From NCBI GenBank assembly GCA_000004985.1, contig GG738853.1: a stretch of 64,000 nucleotides of DNA; one strand, written 5' to 3'. The notes beneath the pieces are model-generated. The model was not told the origin of the DNA and made no database searches. It saw only the letters and a program-made list of their open reading frames with translations. This DNA comes from Naegleria gruberi (Eukaryota). Positions 22,801 to 31,309 of the stretch are shown one piece after another (the stretch's first letter is position 1; each line of letters starts with the position of its first letter). The position numbers and the translations under genes are program-made.

Positions 22801-23829
22801 TTTGAACGTATTGATTAATTGAATGTTCAAGTTTCTATTATTTCCACCCCAGCCCTTATCAGCTGATTGTTCAACATGTATTGTGAGAGAGGTATTTAAA
22901 TTATCTCTCACATAGGAAGCAATATGCATAATATGATCACTACTGCATGCATTTGGTATTGAAATCCAAATATCCTTAGCCAAATAATTTCCTAATTCTA
23001 CAATATATTCAATAGAAACCATTGCTTGTCCGTGTTGAGTGTAAAAAGTAGCAGGTCTTTTATCGGCCCATTCCTTATCACAATTTGTGATGGAATTTCC
23101 ATAACTCCTTCCAATCATCCATGAGGAGAATCTCAATACTGAAAATGGTTCAATAGCTCTGAGAAAGTCTGTGGAAAATGTTGAGGTTACATTCTCCTCC
23201 CTTGCCTCCTTCAAAATAACATTGTAAACATTAGGCTCTGTTACAATTAGTACTATACCCTTAGTAGAGGTATTCTGTACTGAAAATTCAAATCTATGAC
23301 TATTGACTTGTCTAACATTGGTTGCATCTCCTAAAATTGAAAAGTTTCCACTTCCTTCAAAAGTCAAAATATAATCACCTGTTGGATACTTTCCCAAAGT
23401 ACCCAATTCTGTTTGATAGCCATAACGTCTCTTATTGTATTTATTTTGAAATCCGAGAGGATAACCATCTTGTGACCAATTTGTTGTGATGGTTCCTTCA
23501 AAGTAATACGTTTTCCATTCATCAAGTGATCCAACAGGTCTCCACTCTCTTGCATGTTTAAATCTATTGGTAAATACCCACTGAATCATTTCATAATCGA
23601 TTGGTCCTAAATTAATTCCCAACATGTGTCTTGCTTCATCTCCTCGGAAGAGTAAATTTGGAGCACTTGCAAGTACTGAATGATGATGATGTAGTGTTAT
23701 TGTTGTTGTTAGTATTGTTATTATTAAGGAGAAGAGAAGACAATTAATAATTTTAGAAAATACTCGTACTGATGATGATGAATCAAGAGGAGAATACCTT
23801 CCCGATGATTCGAGGACAAAGACTTTCAT
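16861..23829 (-). CDS. A 2,322-aa secreted or type-I membrane protein. It has an N-terminal signal anchor, three copies of a ~450-aa domain (GVN(V/I)..xDxxxW.F.DxxxxARxW ... NP.NPIRN(I/V)RI ... FHPLFL..L....IRFMPW ... NE(A/C)W), clusters of EGF-like or tenascin-type Cys-rich repeats, an S/T-rich mucin-like stalk, a GPS/GAIN autoproteolysis motif (CACDHTTKFAV) and one C-terminal TM helix.
   Basis: This is a single uninterrupted ORF with an ATG at 23827-23829. I read the domain repeats and motifs from the translation. The NE(A/C)W motif is reminiscent of the NEP motif of clan GH-A glycosidases, but that is speculation. Confidence 0.75.
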   Translation of the reverse strand: MKVFVLESSGRYSPLDSSSSVRVFSKIINCLLFSLIITILTTTITLHHHHSVLASAPNLLFRGDEARHMLGINLGPIDYEMIQWVFTNRFKHAREWRPVGSLDEWKTYYFEGTITTNWSQDGYPLGFQNKYNKRRYGYQTELGTLGKYPTGDYILTFEGSGNFSILGDATNVRQVNSHRFEFSVQNTSTKGIVLIVTEPNVYNVILKEAREENVTSTFSTDFLRAIEPFSVLRFSSWMIGRSYGNSITNCDKEWADKRPATFYTQHGQAMVSIEYIVELGNYLAKDIWISIPNACSSDHIMHIASYVRDNLNTSLTIHVEQSADKGWGGNNRNLNIQLINTFKAVFGLNDTRCKYILSTMIPAYYDSVLSLYSSDDLSLFDAFAVSGNVGTGIEYYGNGYDVNLSVNYTVDDVLNLLRQEIYKDEIDWIYLLNRVAFKLKIPLILYDAGLRIHAPGWANRWKKTDLAPLEQRLEDISIEALRQPIVEDMVVDVMKRWHRMGGGLMILNNIVEKIDRCLGGGGRCGYQAVMESLLQDPQTVPKYRAVLTWLEGGNGSLPFTSDDIPKPIRLPCTDCKYGVCHNGSCHCFDGFSGANCNITVPKYQDCASNTTKFGVNIDGLADWSREVTFIDIQRRARKWIVQKFVYGTGWAEDDQESVPLDENGYPQYLEITKNVATFAVRDVAAHFPNGKYICLYDGDGVLEFQFEDQKILRRDAGRIELQYNHKTEMNNGVFYKILRTNPLNPIRNVRIFEAKYEQTYEDFPFHPLFLEQLKKYQIIRFMPWSNIGVDKDYDWENRTLNSYYTFRLKTGVSMEMQVLLCNMLGNNPWFNLPHRATDRYIENWATYVRDYLRPDVTAYIEIGNECWASGACGSYAQQMGVIEGMKLTKLQNYYSSYEVARICYHIKTAKRYADIIRGVFGASHHRRIKLVFAAQAAWTGPLEIFYLCEGNYYQSFNVVAIAPYMSDSLKKADNSLVSLEEFYGSIIHTAIASSRNALLSTYKIVNQSSPGMELAFYEGGPDFSSLTDTGNTELTDLSMTIHRDPRMKQALTYYLSNITNIAPGVKLSAYNHFTSTSVFSKYGCWGLIESSDSDLSSSSSPKYVAYQNYIDSMSVCNWNEKPSTCKDNCNNHGVCAANALSDSRDSCHCFFGYNGTNCEIINYINSYRCTYQCGGKGNCLFNHTEGFYAVYTCHCQTGYYGYGCTLFTCDSKCNYNGNCIDYNKCSCYRGFTGSDCSIDCNCNGVGYCATNSTNCVCDYGYSFVNGKCEIDCKKYPTSRACLKCPSLGCANGICLNSTCACHSGYRMDSRSSCTIKANSPNDGSKLGVNVNSVVDYSPQWTFVDLMKQARAWILQDLEGMNSIYIWSYNNEIKLRSDGYPASIAQGKQLVTLMLRDIQQKWPGGIYHVFYEGNGQLDFGFDSTIIENNQKGYMKIKVTLSLVRDNGVFMKIKETNPNNPIRNIRIVMDGFENTYQDNPFHPLFLKRLENFKTIRFMPWTMEKGIITWEDRITPSTLPMGRGVAHEYMIQLCNILKANPWFTIPYGANDEYIRQFALLAKQTLRNDVQIYLEYTNEAWNTLFDSGKYCEEQGKLLGLSKDSLAARNLFYSKRSKEIITIWKSVFGSESNRLTLVAASFTLMPITSTRILSYQDLYKSHSNIMLTVTGYFGCGLESSGTLVAISDLNTLFKKCDDEFASTKSMLEQQLQVAKSYNITLGMYESGSSVAEYSAIASGYETSGATDKYIAMNRDIKMYDIYKKYYRMYANLSLVENCHYANVGFPSKYGSWHLLEYQYQDVSEAHRFRAIQELIVETRGPITRVTDHSCFGIVYNSTKSCSGNGICVNQNNCQCDSGYTNEDCSFYLEGQTKAYASENNFTISPTSGFALTQTFTLSSKPWLASSKISPLQYAFGFVNSKDENIVLTKYSQYPNATTILPFTKQSSIPLVMFVKDSTGNVNTLRGGSVIISAFSGTSQELSTRISSLSSEEKIVAFYDESSSSLVSTQLVNTLSIDTNNSQQVLKIFETVTSSPTVDKTALESVSTKLDSFLTDMSQKLQNGSTQVKLSTEETQSTVSIISNIYEYGSESKAESLISNIASVLVMSINPVETNTSALTSLHIQSSSFNISVSSFNISSVLKSSGGTTFVYDDISTDISSIYKDSSSMAAISLVKYSYKTSSRRRAMTNLVSDQVDLKFYSSGQALALTNLTKPIQLKFTLKVLVSKSAMQKQLVCKYYDEQKLMWSSSGCKLASIDYDNSVVTCACDHTTKFAVDLTAETTPQSSTNPPVSTSPKKHTSLIGGGNRLFAVNFLLLALVVVMTSLFF

Positions 23830-24395
23830 GGAGTCTTTTTTTCAATAATACTGTAAATAATTGCCACTTCGACCAACACGCTGACAAGCGCGCTCCACAA
23901 TACAACTCTATGAAAGCAATTGAATTCTCTCAGCAGGCTATAAGACTCTTGCTAGTAATTATTTCAACACCAACAACCTCCTTTGTATTCCTGACAGTAT
24001 ACAAATTTAAGGGCCGATTCATGCAAAGTATACACTATTGTACAAATTTAAGGGCACCTTGTGCCGATTCATGATGCAAAACTTTACAGTTTAAGGGTGG
24101 TGGTTTGAATGTGGTTATCGTTTCGAGAACAGTTGCAAGCTTTGGTGCCCCAGGATCCTGTTCCAAACAAATGTTCACTGAAGCAGTAACAATTAAGAGT
24201 GCCTTAATAGTAGATTTCGCTTCTTTTTTACTTCTACGAATACAACGCTTATTTACGTCTCCTTGTTGTAGATGGGCTTGTTTCAGTTCTGTTGGCATGT
24301 TGTGGAAGCACCACAAACCAGAGTACAGTTGCTCTTGAAGTTGTTGAGAGAATCATCTGTTATTCCACTCGATTAAACAAAAAGCACTTTACATC

Positions 24396-27086
24396 ATGAC
24401 TAGAATAACACCTCACAGCGATCCATTGGTATGTATTGGTGTCCGTAGTAGTAATACTCATCTCATTTCACACACACTGTATCACCTTTTTGATGTTCGC
24501 CTCATTCTCTCTCTCTTGAAACAATAGGAACTTTATCACCAAACAGCTTGTTCAATTCACTCTGGAGAAGTGCAACAAGAACATATTGACTCTCCAAAAA
24601 TTAAACAACGAAAGGAAAGAATATGTTCTGGGTTGTTTTCAATGAAGATTTCCATCACGCTCATAATTTGCCTCTTGGTTATTTGTACTTCAATTTTCAC
24701 ATGGCTTTCATCGTATGTGGGCTCTTTGAATGCCCTGGATGCTCTCTCGATGGATGTCATTGAGAAGGTTGGTGAGAAGGTTAAGGTTTTCCTGAATGGT
24801 GAAATTAGTCCAGCTGCTTCACTTGCCAAGGTTATGGCTTCAGATTACAATAATGGATTAGTAGATAATGTTCCTCCATTGTCTTATTTATTCGATAAGA
24901 ATAATATCTATTACCCATCAGCAATTGGATTGTTTTTTCCGGATCAAATTACAACCTATTTCAATTTGACAATCTTTCCAGGAGGAGTTCCAACACAGAG
25001 CTTCTCAATTTACATCAAACCAAAGGGATATATTGGTGTAGAACATTGGTATGCAAATGAAACAGATGGTTCCTTAATTGGCATGATTCAAAATCAGACA
25101 GTTCCCTTTGTCATTCCATCACTTGCCTACTGGGTCACAAGTTTCAAGTATTTCGACTTGTACAAAACCGATGCTGTGTATGGTGACCCCTATGTTGTGG
25201 TAAATTCTACTGCATGTATTTATTATTCTGTTAAATTGTACAATAGAACCTTATTAGCAAAGGGAGTGAAAAAGACAGTTGGCATTTCAAAGGTGAATGT
25301 TTCACTATTGAATATTGAAAAATATTTAAAGAAAGTAACAGTATTGGGAAGAGGTTATGTGTTAGTGTCAGAGACTACGGATTTTGTTATTGGTGGTTCA
25401 ATTAATACCACAGCAGCTGATAGCAAATCTCGTGTGAAAATGTTCGAGCTGACTGAGAGAAATTCTGGCAAGCTGATGAAAGAATTGGCAGGCAAATATG
25501 GTACAATTTCAAATACACCAACAACTACTGAAATCAACAGCATGGGAATTGATTATATTGTGAAGAGAATGGACTTTGTTTTGGAAAATATGAAATGGAA
25601 TTTATTTTTGGTTATTTATAAGGAAGATTTAACTAAGGTAACTAATATCAATACTGCTATTTCAGCAGGTGTTGCTGTTGCTATTCTGCTTATTGGTATC
25701 ATTTTGAGTATGATTGTTGGTTATGTCATTACTCGTCCTTTGACATATTTGAAAAAGCAATTTGCCTTAATTAAGAAATTTGATTTGGAATTGGTCCAAT
25801 TCAATTCCAGTTCATTCAAGGAAGTGAATAGTATTTACAAGGATCTTTTCAATATGGTGAGTTGGCTGAACGATTTCAAGTCCTTCCTTCCAGAATCCAT
25901 CTTTCTTCAACTTTCTAATATTGAGGAAGAAGGAAAGCCAAAACCATCTGTTCAGGAAACCTCACATGATATGAAAAAACACGATCCACATCATAATATA
26001 CATGCTACTTACAGTTCTCACTCAATAGACCATACAGCAACAGATAATTCTTCCAGTAATTCAATGAGATCACTGATTGCAAGTAAATTAGGCAAAACAG
26101 GACTATTTAAACTTGGTTTACAAATGAAGAATGTGAGTGTCATTTCAATAATGATCAATCCTGAAGGATTGGGGAATAATCCAGATACCATCACCAAAAT
26201 CTTTTCCAGAATTGCCTCTGGATTATCAGCCCTCTCAAAAACATTGAAAGCAGATCTTCAAATCACCTCCATTCATGAATATCAATTATCATTTGTCGAT
26301 TCTTTTTCCAAGAAGAAACCTAATCTCGTTGCTGTCGAATGTGCTATCAAGGTTTCCAAAGTACTTGATAATGTTTTGACTTGTTATTCAGAACTTGATC
26401 TTTCCCAAGGAAACCCAATATTCTCAATTGGTATCAGTTCTGGTAAGGCAAATGTTGGTAATTTGGGAACAAGTAATTTGAGATACTATTCGATTGTGGG
26501 TCCATGTTGTACAAATGCTAAAACTCTTGCTACCATTGGCTCTATTTATCATGCCAAGATTCTTGCAGATGGAAATACCATCACAGATGAAGCCAAACCA
26601 TTCTTTGTGAGTAGACCAATAGATAGATTATTACTCGGGCCAAGCAGAAGTTCAGAAAAAGACATTTCGACTGTCTATGAAGTGTTTAAGGAAAATAATT
26701 ATGAAAATGATGAATGGCTCTATGAATTAGAACAACAAAAGAAGAATTTAAAGTACAAGGATTTCGAAAGAGCTTTCCAAATTTTTGACTTGGTGAAGGA
26801 AAATAAGATTGAACCATCAGAAGTGATGCAAAAGTTATACGAATCGATAGATATTCTTAATGGCCATTTATTGACCAATCCAGAAGACTCTGTTGTTACT
26901 AGTCATTTGGTTAAAGTATTTGAGTATTTCACTAGAGAAGGTGTATCATCTTTTGGAGCATTACAAATGATTCTCAATTATCATACACAAGTGAACCAAA
27001 ATATGAAATCTTATTCTACAAGTGGAGTGAGTGCTCAAAAGGCTAGTGACTTTGAAATAACCAATTACACCTTTAACAGCTATTAA
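24396..27086 (+). CDS. Single-pass receptor-like protein with an extracellular sensor domain, one TM helix (~aa 390-415) and an intracellular class-III nucleotidyl-cyclase homology domain whose catalytic residues are degenerate. The architecture resembles Dictyostelium ACG. Model: join(24396..24428, 24528..27086).
   Basis: ORF 24570..27086 has an internal ATG at 24642, preceded by a short exon MTRITPHSDPL (24396-24428) and a 99-nt GTATGT...AATAG intron. The cyclase-like region reads IGISSGKANVGNLGTSNLRYYSIVGPCCTNAKT. The metal-binding Asp positions are replaced (ISIMINPEG for FSDIVGFT; SIHEY for IGDAY). Confidence 0.6.
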
Positions 27087-27206
27087 ATTAAATGTTCCAG
27101 CCAAAAACTGCGTTTGTTTTGTAAATAGGAAGAACTTACACAAAAAAAATAAAACCGAGCACTAACACCTTAACAACTACATATCCTTAATAATAGATAA
27201 TGTGTC

Positions 27207-27279
27207 GGGGTCTTGGCGCAGTCGGTAGCGCGTAGGTCTCATAATCCTAAGGTCGTGAGTTCGATCCTCACAGACCCCA
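27207..27279 (+). tRNA. tRNA-Met(CAU): Elongator tRNA-Met (anticodon CAT), 73 nt, followed by a TTTT Pol III terminator at 27283-27286.
   Basis: I folded the cloverleaf by hand: acceptor GGGGTCT/AGACCCC, D arm GCGC-AGTCGGTA-GCGC, anticodon loop CTCATAA, T arm GTGAG-TTCGATC-CTCAC. It is highly similar to the eukaryotic elongator tRNA-Met consensus. Confidence 0.9.
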
Positions 27280-27460
27280 GCTTTTGCTATTTTGCTTCTA
27301 ATACTGTATCTGGCACAGTGTTTGAACTAGATTGTATAGCAGAATGTAAGCTAGGATACCAATAGCTTAAACGTCTTTCTATTTTTCAGATTATAATTCA
27401 GAGTTATTGAGTTTGATATTAAGAAATGATGTATTTCAAAAAAGGAAAATTGTATTAAAA

Positions 27461-29162
27461 TTACATGTTGAAGGATAATTGTTCCCAAGGACCAACAGCA
27501 GTTCTATTGACAACAATTTGTCCACTTGGTTCAACACAGACATAGGTATTGTGATTTGACTTCAAAGCAATTTTACCATTTCCGTGCAATTCAACAGTGA
27601 ATTGTTCCCAAGGTCCAACAGCATCTCTGTTTGCAACCAACAAACCACTTGGTTCAGCACACAATAACTTACGATGAGCAGATCTGAAAACATTCTTTCC
27701 ACTATGACTCTCAACAGTAAATTTTTCCCAAGGACCAATGGCATCTCTATTGGCAACCATTGAGTGATTGGATTCAGCACACAATAATTTACCATGATTA
27801 TGTCTGAATGAGATGGATTGATTTGGAGCAAGGGTGAATTGGAATTGTTCCCAAGGTCCCAAAGCATCTCTATTAGCAACAACCAAACCACTTGGTTCAG
27901 CACATAAGAATTTACCATGAGCAGACTTGAAAGCAACATTGCTACCAGATTGAGCAAGTGTAAATTGTTCCCAAGGACCCAAAGCATCACGATTAGCAAT
28001 AACTTGACCAGAAGGTTCAGCACAGACATACTTGCCATGAGCAGACTTGAAAGCATATTGAGAACCAGAAACGTGAATCAAAGTCAATGCTTCCCATGGT
28101 CCATTGGCATCTCTGTTGGCAACAACTTGTCCAGATGGTTCACAACAGAGGAATTTGAAATGAGCTGAACGAAGATTGGCCATCAATGTACGACCACCAG
28201 TTGTAGAACTCACTTGTGGTTGATAAGAAGTTGGTTGAGTATAAGTACTTGATGGAACAGAAGGATAAGTGGAAACATTCATAGTTGGCATGGTTGAAGT
28301 TGGAACAGTTGGATAAGTAGAAACATTCATATTTGGATATGAGTTACTAGTAACTGTGAAATTGGCATTTGGATATGTTGACACATTCATTGAACCAGTA
28401 CTGTTTGGATATGAAATATTCATAGAAATTCCACCAGTTGATGATGGTACATAAGATGGATAATTTGGAGTGATGGTATTTTGTGGATATGAAGTTGTTG
28501 ATGAATAAACATTTGGAGTGATGGTATTTGGTGGATATGAAGTTGGAGTTGTGGTTGAATAAACAGTTGTGGTTGTGGTAGTATTCGATGGAACTGAAGG
28601 ATAACCATAACCAGTGGTGGTTGGATAAGTGGAAACGTGCATCATATTGTTATTTCCATAACTTCCATATGGTCCAGTATAGCCAGTTCCTTGATAACGC
28701 ATTCCTCCACCAATAACGAAAAGATAGGCATTGATGAATTCAAACATGTTAACCTTCTTGTTATGATCACGGTCAACCATTTTGAACAAGTGTCTAATAG
28801 TTTCATTTACGAAATTAAATTATTAGAATTACTATCATCATCCATTATAACTAATAAAACTTACTTGGATTCTTCTTTTGTCAATCCAAGATTACGAACT
28901 GCCTTCTTAAATTCCTTCTTATTCAAAGTTCCGCTGTGATCCTTATCATATTGATAGTAAATCATTTGTGCTTGAGAAACAAGTTGTTGTTGTTGTCCAA
29001 CAAGATGTGGAGGCTATTCATCATCAATTCATTAAATTAATTTCGATATCATCATCACGAAGAAAATAAATTTACAATTTGCGCGCCAAAAAAAACTTAC
29101 GATTTGAAAACCAGCTGGAATCCAAGTTGGTTGTGTTCCGTTGACCCAAATATTCATCATCA
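27461..29162 (-). CDS. Three-exon gene: complement(join(27461..28802, 28874..29013, 29100..29162)). It has two N-terminal EF-hands (DKDHSGTLNKKEF; DRDHNKKVNMFEF), a Tyr/Thr/Ser/Pro/Asn-rich linker and about six fascin-like (beta-trefoil) repeats with the recurring motif (F/L)xCAEPSGxVVANRDAxGPWEQF.
   Basis: ORF 27461..28789 is extended by two GTAAGT...AG introns (71 nt and 86 nt) to the ATG at 29160-29162. I checked the frames manually. ORF 27562..28056 is an antisense artefact. Confidence 0.7.
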
Positions 29163-29516
29163 TTTTTGTGTGTGGATTTTAAAAAGATATCGAAGAAGAG
29201 GTTGGAGTTTAACAAAATTTTTTTTTGAAATTTAGATTTTTTTATTTTTTTTATGGGAATTTATTTTTGGAATTTGGGTGACTTAGATGTTTGGACGAAA
29301 GTAAGTGAAACACGTGTTGAAAAGGAAGTGAGTTAAAATAAAGTATTGGAAGCAGAGGAAGTGTAAAATGTTATCCAACACCTTATTGAATTTTGTTTCT
29401 AATAGAAAATTAATAAGTTTTCAATATTGTCTAATTTTTTAAATGCATCGAATCATTTTTCGATTTCTTGAAAGTTTACAACAACTTGTTGTAATCGTTT
29501 TAACAATTTAAAAAAA

Positions 29517-30620
29517 ATGTTTCAACACTTAAAGGCAAACTTTCTCCATAACAAAACTTCAAAAACCGTCGGCAACAAACAATCATCCTCCCATCCATTA
29601 AATCTTCCCCGAGAATTGCTAATTGAATGTTTTTCCTATTTGGATTATTTTCATCAATTAATAATTGCAAGAGTTTGTTCCGAGTGGAGGAATATTCATC
29701 ATCATGATGAGAAATTGATGAAAAAACCTGTGATCTGTGTTGATGGAAAGGATAGGGTGCTGAATTATGAATATTTGGATAAGAGAAAACATATTGGAAT
29801 GATTGTTAGGAATTTATTTAGGAAATGGTTGATTGAGTGGATTGAAAATTCGAATTCTTATTGGAATGTTGGGAAAGTAGCTGAGAAATCGACATTGATT
29901 CAAACTCTGGATGTGAATGAGGGAAAATATGAAGAATTATTGCAATTTTCGAGGATTTTTGGTGATGTAAGAAAGATGCTAAATGTCAATAATCAAAATG
30001 AATCTCAGACAAGTTCAATATGGAATTTCTTTAATCAACTTGTAGGTTATTCGAAACATAACGCAGAGGAAGTGATTAATCAAGAGGAAAAACAAGTAGA
30101 CGATATCAAAATTGCCATGTTTGGATCAGAAATTTCACAACTTTACCACCATATGAAAAATTCCCCAAACAAACACAAATATTTGGTTGGATGTGATTTA
30201 TCCATCATTGAGTACCATTCATTGAGATCACTAACACGTTATCGATATCAAGTATTTGCAAATGCTGGATCTGACAAGTATATTGGTGTCACAAAATCCT
30301 ATTTTAAGGGTTCACATTTCATAGTTTTACTTTTTGATTCAAAATCTTCGATGGAATATTTAAAAAATCTTGATTCTTTTATCACAATGTACATGGAATT
30401 GATATTTATTCAATTGAAAAGTTCCCATTCCAATCATGTTCAAAAACATGAGGCAGAACAATTTATTTATTCCAATTTTGGAGAAGCAGTTTATTTGGAA
30501 ATTGATATTGAAAATAATCCTAAAAGTGTTGATGCCATTCTATCGTACACGGCATTGTTGAGTGATATTTTGATGGGTTGTAACTTGAATGGCAGTTGGA
30601 AGTATAAGAAAGGTCAATAA
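29517..30620 (+). CDS. F-box protein (LPRELLIECFSYLDYFHQLIIARVCSEWRN) of 367 aa.
   Basis: Single ORF with an ATG. The F-box consensus sits near the N-terminus. Confidence 0.6.
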   Translation: MFQHLKANFLHNKTSKTVGNKQSSSHPLNLPRELLIECFSYLDYFHQLIIARVCSEWRNIHHHDEKLMKKPVICVDGKDRVLNYEYLDKRKHIGMIVRNLFRKWLIEWIENSNSYWNVGKVAEKSTLIQTLDVNEGKYEELLQFSRIFGDVRKMLNVNNQNESQTSSIWNFFNQLVGYSKHNAEEVINQEEKQVDDIKIAMFGSEISQLYHHMKNSPNKHKYLVGCDLSIIEYHSLRSLTRYRYQVFANAGSDKYIGVTKSYFKGSHFIVLLFDSKSSMEYLKNLDSFITMYMELIFIQLKSSHSNHVQKHEAEQFIYSNFGEAVYLEIDIENNPKSVDAILSYTALLSDILMGCNLNGSWKYKKGQ

Positions 30621-31309
30621 CTTTTTATTCCCAAAGAAAACTTTCCAACTCTATAATTTTAAGATTGACTAGCCATATTTACATTGAATAGTAACTAACA
30701 AAAACAAGCGACCCTGTCAACACATGCCAAATATCAAAATCAAAGAAAAACTTATACAAACGGATAAAGTTTGGTAGAATCCACTTTCGAATTCTCCAAA
30801 AAAACATCACCAACAAAATTCCACAAGAAATACTTTACCAAATTCCTCAACAACAAACCTCAATATTGATACCACGGCTCGCTTCCAAACGCGTTTCCTT
30901 ATTACCCCTGTTTAGAACCTCCTCTCCTAATTTGTGAGCAATTCCCGAATTGTAATTGGCTGACCTTCAATAGCAAAAACTTTACGAATTGATTTACAAT
31001 GTCGGTACATGACTTTCCATTCATGGAGAGGCTCTTCGTTGTTTGCATTATCTAACTGGGCTTTGTTTCTCAACCTGTTTCATGGATGAAGTATTCGAAA
31101 GCAAAGAAAAAGAATCTAAAGAAACTGGCAGTGCCGGTGCATTCGTTATAATACTGGCCAATTCAAAACAAATTATCAAAACAACCAGATTCCTTTGAAT
31201 CATTTCTCCAACAAGAGAATTAAAAGTTTACGAAACTAAATTAAACTCTCGTAAATATTTTCCTACAACAACTGAAATCAAATTAAATCATTAAACAACA
31301 ACTACAAAT

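Noticed and set aside
27562-28056. A 164-aa ORF antisense/overlapping inside the fascin-like gene. Similar nested ORFs occur at 38343..38942, 37809..38093, 12724..13060, 20037..20312 and 47315..47746.
   Set aside because: These are overlapping-frame ORFs inside long, repetitive, compositionally biased coding regions. Their products are low-complexity (L/V/I-rich) and lack motifs. They are typical shadow ORFs.
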